Part shown: in pieces, positions 7,270-11,139 of the stretch
Numbering within the stretch: position 1 is the stretch's first letter
Layout of the letters: every line of letters begins with the position of its first letter
Source of the DNA: Candidatus Bipolaricaulia bacterium
GTDB taxonomy: Bacteria > Bipolaricaulota > Bipolaricaulia > JBHIAT01
Reading direction: 5' to 3'
DNA: 11,139 nucleotides
NCBI GenBank assembly: GCA_046758705.1
Contig: JBHIAT010000127.1
Span: 1 to 11,139 of the forward strand
The notes under the pieces: generated by a model
Seen by the model: the letters and a program-made list of their open reading frames with translations, nothing else
What the model was told of the DNA's origin: nothing
Databases searched by the model: none
Program-made: the position numbers and the translations under genes

Positions 7270-7910
7270 AGCGATCCTTCGCGAGATTCTCTCTTCGTGT
7301 TGATCCGAATCCGACTTTGGGTGAAGAGGGTTAAGTCCTCATTGGGGTATGAGTGAACCGTCTTTGCATGCACTAAGTTTCCCTCTAAACCAAGCCAGAC
7401 AATCGTCTTTGGCGGTTGCGTTTGACCTTTTCCTTGAAACCGATGGACGAGACCGATCTGGTTCTCATGGGTGATCGCTTGACAGACCATATGTTCTCCG
7501 TGCTCAAGCTCAGCCAGTCCGGCTTCCCCATATTTCAGCCAGAAGTGGAACTTATAATCTGACCAAAAGGCATCATCTGGTAAACCTGAAACTATATGCA
7601 ACTTTTGATCCGATAAATCTGAAGGCATGAGCTCCACGGACTCCCGGTGGCCATTCAGGAATCTGTGGTAAGCTCGAAGTGAATCCGTTTTAATCTCAAC
7701 GCACGCTAGCACCTCATGCAGAGATCGATTTCCTGAATGAATAGACAGGAAATTGCTTGTGCCGATTATCCCTGCTTTAATTTTAAGATTTGGCCTTGTG
7801 ATTCCATCTTCTTGGAGAATATTGAACTGCAAGTAGTCCAAGTTTCCTTCCAGTAGAGTCAGGCCAAGATCTTTAGCTGATTGGTCAACGTAATCCAGAT
7901 TTTTGGCCAT
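7266..7910 (-). CDS. DUF2617-like protein (214 aa)
   Basis: GGAGG 8 nt before ATG 7910, a better start than 7994. Motifs YVDQSAKDL, IIGTSN, HEVLAC and KTVHSYPNE..LFTQS resemble DUF2617. Its position after DUF4178 agrees. Confidence 0.7.
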   Translation of the reverse strand: MAKNLDYVDQSAKDLGLTLLEGNLDYLQFNILQEDGITRPNLKIKAGIIGTSNFLSIHSGNRSLHEVLACVEIKTDSLRAYHRFLNGHRESVELMPSDLSDQKLHIVSGLPDDAFWSDYKFHFWLKYGEAGLAELEHGEHMVCQAITHENQIGLVHRFQGKGQTQPPKTIVWLGLEGNLVHAKTVHSYPNEDLTLFTQSRIRINTKRESREGSL

Positions 7911-8559
7911 CTTTCTTGCCTCCGACAGCGAGAACTTCAATAGCATCAGGGTCGATATTTTCTGATAAATATATCCTATAATCGTACTTATCACGTTCGA
8001 GATCCACTACCCACTCTTCAATGGTGAGGGTTTTATCTCGAGCGACAAAATCGTAGAAATACGCTCTTTCGCCTTCTTTATCATCATCGCCATAATACGT
8101 GGCCGCATAGTCATCTTCATAAGAGAATGTTTGGCCTCGGTAGACTATGTCTTCTTTCTCATCAGCGATTTGATCGAGGTCGTCATCATCGATGCTTTCG
8201 CCTTCGTCATCACGAAGCTCGGAGAATTTCAAGGTGTCAGTCGTGATGGAAATCTCGACCTCATCATCTTTTTCCCATTCAAGATAAACGGTCTCACCCG
8301 TCTCAAGGCAGAAAAGTCTGAGTTCAAACCACTCATTATCAGTCGTATGCTCAAAGCTCTCGTCTGCTTCTTGGTAACGACCTACCGCTTCAATGCGGTG
8401 GGTCTTACCGTTAAAACGAATAAAACCTCCTGTCTGGACACGTTCAATGGTGTAGCGATACCGCTCACCTTCGGCTATGAGACGGCTTGGGTTAAGAGAT
8501 CGGATTGCAGCAAACTGCGTATCCAAACGTCTTTTCATAGCATTATCGAGGGTTGCCAT
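7885..8559 (-). CDS. DUF4178-like acidic protein (about 224 aa)
   Basis: 'GGFIRFNGKTHRIEAVGRY...EWFELRL...GETVYLEWEKDDE' and 'IVYRGQTFSY' match the DUF4178 pattern. AAAGGGA lies 8 nt before ATG 8559. Alternative start at 8577 overlaps the telA stop. Confidence 0.75.
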   Translation of the reverse strand: MATLDNAMKRRLDTQFAAIRSLNPSRLIAEGERYRYTIERVQTGGFIRFNGKTHRIEAVGRYQEADESFEHTTDNEWFELRLFCLETGETVYLEWEKDDEVEISITTDTLKFSELRDDEGESIDDDDLDQIADEKEDIVYRGQTFSYEDDYAATYYGDDDKEGERAYFYDFVARDKTLTIEEWVVDLERDKYDYRIYLSENIDPDAIEVLAVGGKKDGQKSGLR

Positions 8560-8576
8560 AGAGAGATTCCCTTTCA

Positions 8577-9788
8577 TTATTCAGATTCTTCTTCGGGTAG
8601 CCTCCCAGTAAGTTCTGTGCTCGAGCGCAAGGCCTCAGCCTTACTCTCCAGTTTCTGCGACATTTGAGTAAGCTGTTTAATGCCCTCACGGGCTTGGGTC
8701 GTTCCCTCTTTGCGGATTCTTTCAGTCTCATCCAAAGTAGCCATAAGATCATCATACGCGGCTGCGACCTTCTCAAGTGCGAGCACGGGATTGTTCTGTA
8801 GATCTCCGATCTCTTGTGTCTGTTGTCTGATCGCAGCTGCATTGGCAGCGAGCATCTCAGAAGCATATTCCTGAGTCTGCTGAACCGCCTTCGTAATCTT
8901 CTTTTGGCGGGCCATGGCAGCCTGAATTGCCAGCCCAACTACAAGCAGACTCGTTGTGACCATAACGGTTCGGTCGATAGAGTCGCTGAGGTTAGTGTTG
9001 TTCTGGACGGTCAGGTCAATGCTGACAAAGAATTGATAGTTGACCTGCTCCATCGTTCGGAGATCCTGAACCCGCATAGCTCCCCGATGAATTGCAGCAG
9101 ACAGCTTTTCACGCTCGGCAGAGTTATCGCTCTGGTCGTGAAGCTCTTGAAGCTTTTGCATGAATAGCTCCCCAAAATAGGCATATCTTTGAATGCCAAA
9201 TTGAGCTTCCTTCACCTGTTGGTACAGTTCATCAAGCTCAATGCTGTCTTGTAGCAGCTGATCTTTGCCAGCGCGCAAGCCGTTAATAATTCCATCGATC
9301 TGGGTCTGCACGCTTTCATATTTTACTGCGATATCTGCGAGAATGTCACCGATCTTTGGAACTTTCCTGAGCACTCGGCTGACAACCCCTCGTGGTTTTT
9401 CGCTGAGCACATGAGGGTTGATCTCATCCATTGTCTTACGTAGCTCTATGAGGTTTCTAGGAATGGCACCACCTTCTCCTTCTACTTCGTTAAGTAAGTC
9501 GCCGACCTTCGTCTTCAAAAGATTGATCTTAGCGCTTGACCTTTTTTGTTCCTTGGCACCAATGCTGCCAAGGCGATTTGTGAGTTGTAAGCCTTTCTCC
9601 GATTCCTGGACTTCAACGACCAGCTGGGAGACCTCTTTCTCTACACTCTCCTGATCTTCGTCTGAAAGGTTCGCGGGCGGAGTAGGTGTTACATCAACTT
9701 CAGGTACAGCCGGAACATCCGTCTCCTGAAGTGTTCCTTCCTCCTGCTCGGGAGTCCTCTCCTCTTGTAGGTTCCTCTCATCAGCCAT
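8577..9788 (-). CDS. Toxic anion resistance protein (TelA/KlaB/YaaN family), about 403 aa
   Basis: All-helical, with 'L.ELRKTMDEINP', 'KYESVQTQID.I...L..GKDQL..D...L..LY' and 'RVQDL...Q....I.L...NN..L...I.R' blocks typical of TelA. AAGGAGG 9 nt before ATG 9788 (alternative 9794). The 9914 start is unlikely. Confidence 0.88.
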   Translation of the reverse strand: MADERNLQEERTPEQEEGTLQETDVPAVPEVDVTPTPPANLSDEDQESVEKEVSQLVVEVQESEKGLQLTNRLGSIGAKEQKRSSAKINLLKTKVGDLLNEVEGEGGAIPRNLIELRKTMDEINPHVLSEKPRGVVSRVLRKVPKIGDILADIAVKYESVQTQIDGIINGLRAGKDQLLQDSIELDELYQQVKEAQFGIQRYAYFGELFMQKLQELHDQSDNSAEREKLSAAIHRGAMRVQDLRTMEQVNYQFFVSIDLTVQNNTNLSDSIDRTVMVTTSLLVVGLAIQAAMARQKKITKAVQQTQEYASEMLAANAAAIRQQTQEIGDLQNNPVLALEKVAAAYDDLMATLDETERIRKEGTTQAREGIKQLTQMSQKLESKAEALRSSTELTGRLPEEESE

Positions 9789-9825
9789 CGTCATGTTCCT
9801 CCTTTCAAAGTTGAGATGGGTTAAC

Positions 9826-10335
9826 TTACAGCTTTGCAAATCGCGCCTTGAGGAATTTTGCTTTTGCAGCAAATTCCCCTTCTTTATTCTCGCGCACGAG
9901 TTTGACGACCTCATCTAAGGCTTCCTCTAGCACCTTCAAGCTTTCAAGCAATAACACCCTTTTCTTATTGCGCTGAGTTGAAGAAAGATCAACATACGGA
10001 TCAATAACTTTAGGCAAATACACCTCAGCTGTTCGATTGACCTCCCAGGTTAGATCATTTCCTGTGTAGTTTTGATTCATCTCAGGAAGCAGTTTACGAA
10101 GCTTGTCGATTATTCTTTCAATCACACTCATGGCTTTGGTAGGCAGGGCTTCGGTTCTGATCTTGATATTGAGCTTCACCAAACCATCAAGAAGCATGAG
10201 CTCCTTTGCTGGTTCAGCTGTCTCCACAGCCTGATCGGTATCCGAAGTTGAGTCTTCCCGAGATCTCCTTCGAAGATTTCTGGCAATCGCCCAAGCTATA
10301 GCTCCGACGACAACCGCCAGAACCACTATCCACAT
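9826..10335 (-). CDS. XpaC/KlaA-like membrane-anchored helical protein (169 aa)
   Basis: N-terminal TM helix followed by RRRSR. 'YLPKVIDPY..L' motif and C-terminal 'FLKARF'. Immediately upstream of telA, like xpaC-yaaN pairs. GGAGGTG 8 nt before ATG 10335. Confidence 0.7.
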   Translation of the reverse strand: MWIVVLAVVVGAIAWAIARNLRRRSREDSTSDTDQAVETAEPAKELMLLDGLVKLNIKIRTEALPTKAMSVIERIIDKLRKLLPEMNQNYTGNDLTWEVNRTAEVYLPKVIDPYVDLSSTQRNKKRVLLLESLKVLEEALDEVVKLVRENKEGEFAAKAKFLKARFAKL

Positions 10336-10356
10336 ATAGAGTTCACCTCCCAATTC

Positions 10357-10393
10357 TAGATGAAGTACCTACCGAGTCCGAACTCGGCATCTA
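10357..10393 (-). promoter_or_regulatory. Stem-loop in the operon 5' leader
   Basis: TAGATG (10357-62) pairs with CATCTA (10388-93), and CCGAGT (10372-77) pairs with ACTCGG (10382-87). 4-nt loop and 9-nt one-sided bulge. Confidence 0.5.
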
Positions 10394-10423
10394 AATCTTA
10401 TCCACTCTTCTTAGTATAGTATG

Positions 10424-10453
10424 ATTATATGAAAGCGCTGCGGCACTGTGCAA
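10424..10453 (-). promoter_or_regulatory. Sigma70-type promoter for the xpaC-telA-...-speE operon
   Basis: On the minus strand: TTGCAC (10453-10448), 18-bp spacer, TATAAT (10429-10424), about 90 nt before ATG 10335. Confidence 0.65.
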
Positions 10454-10454
10454 T

Positions 10455-11139
10455 ACTTGGGAGGGGAGAGCGGATCCAGACAGTTAAGCTCGCTAGCCCA
10501 AACCCAAGGCATTAAGGAGGTGTCGCAGCATGAGTGACTATGTGGGATGTGACGCGCATAAGAAGTTCTCACAGATTGCCGTCCTGGACGAGACCGGTCA
10601 GCTCAGACACGAGGCGAAGGTGGTCCACGACACTCGTGGGGCTATCCGGGACTACTTCACCCGGTTTCCTGAAGGGACACCAGTGGCGGTGGAAACGGTG
10701 GGGAACTGGTACTGGATCGTTGATGAGATCGAAGCGGCCGGTTGTGAGCCTCGGTTGACCCACGCTGCCAAAGCGAAGCTGATGATGGGTCAGACCAACA
10801 AGACTGACAAGCTGGATGCCAAGGGCCTGGCCAAACTCTTGAGGAACGGGACCCTGCCCCAGGTTTGGCTTGCGCCGAGAGAGCTGAGAGATGAACGGGA
10901 GTTGCCCCGAACCCGAATGGCACTTTGCAAGGTGAGAACCGCGCTCAAAAACAGGGTTCATTCCACATTGGCCAAGTATGCCATTACCATTGACAAGGTC
11001 AGTGATATCTTTGGTCAGGAAGGCCGAAGCTTGATGATGCAAGCAATCCAAAAGCTGCCACCTGAGACCCGCCGGTGTCTTGAGCAGCATCTCGAGGTGT
11101 TGGATGAGGTCCAAGAGCAGCTCGACCAGCTCGAAGCGC
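10455..11139 (+). mobile_element. IS110-family element, left part (left boundary approximate)
   Basis: Contains the transposase start. The boundary is inferred from the switch from the AT-rich promoter to a G-rich structured leader. Confidence 0.6.
10530..11139 (+). CDS. IS110-family transposase/recombinase (DEDD RuvC-like domain), runs off the window; absent from the ORF track
   Basis: TAAGGAGGT RBS. MSDYVGCDAHKK...VAVETVGNWYW...NKTDKLDAKGLA...RELPRTR...RTALKNRVHS gives all four DEDD residues and the following coiled region. No stop before the edge. Confidence 0.93.
   Translation, partial: MSDYVGCDAHKKFSQIAVLDETGQLRHEAKVVHDTRGAIRDYFTRFPEGTPVAVETVGNWYWIVDEIEAAGCEPRLTHAAKAKLMMGQTNKTDKLDAKGLAKLLRNGTLPQVWLAPRELRDERELPRTRMALCKVRTALKNRVHSTLAKYAITIDKVSDIFGQEGRSLMMQAIQKLPPETRRCLEQHLEVLDEVQEQLDQLEA

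Noticed and set aside
9789-9914. Extended N-termini in the ORF track for telA (9914), DUF2617-like (7994) and xpaC-like (10353)
   Set aside because: They overlap upstream genes or the RBS. Internal ATGs at 9788, 7910 and 10335 have well-spaced Shine-Dalgarno sites.
10569-11114. 181-aa minus-strand ORF, plus ORFs 10534..10758 and 10657..10923
   Set aside because: Antisense or off-frame shadows of the IS110 transposase, which has an RBS and all DEDD motifs.
1-11139. CRISPR array, tRNA or rRNA genes
   Set aside because: No regularly spaced direct repeats or recognisable structural RNA genes were seen. Nearly all the sequence is explained by CDSs and IS elements.

Overview
The core of the window is a tightly packed 7-gene minus-strand operon (10335 to 3012): XpaC-like membrane protein, TelA-like toxic-anion-resistance protein, DUF4178, DUF2617-like protein, a 535-aa lipoprotein with a Gly/Arg-rich tail ending in GGGK, a four-repeat DUF350 membrane protein, and a membrane-anchored SpeE-type polyamine aminopropyltransferase. 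A good sigma70-type promoter and a structured 5' leader precede it. The last five genes follow the known DUF4178-DUF2617-lipoprotein-DUF350-speE module, which is often headed by PspA. Here an XpaC/TelA pair heads it instead, which is the most interesting observation. Flanking accessory DNA includes a complete IS630 with a stem-loop/T5C5 transcriptional-slippage site, a hicAB toxin-antitoxin pair, a decayed type ISP restriction-modification 3' fragment, a small CPHCG ORF, and the 5' part of an IS110 transposase sitting just outside the operon's -35 box. Family assignments come from motif recognition by eye, not database searches.
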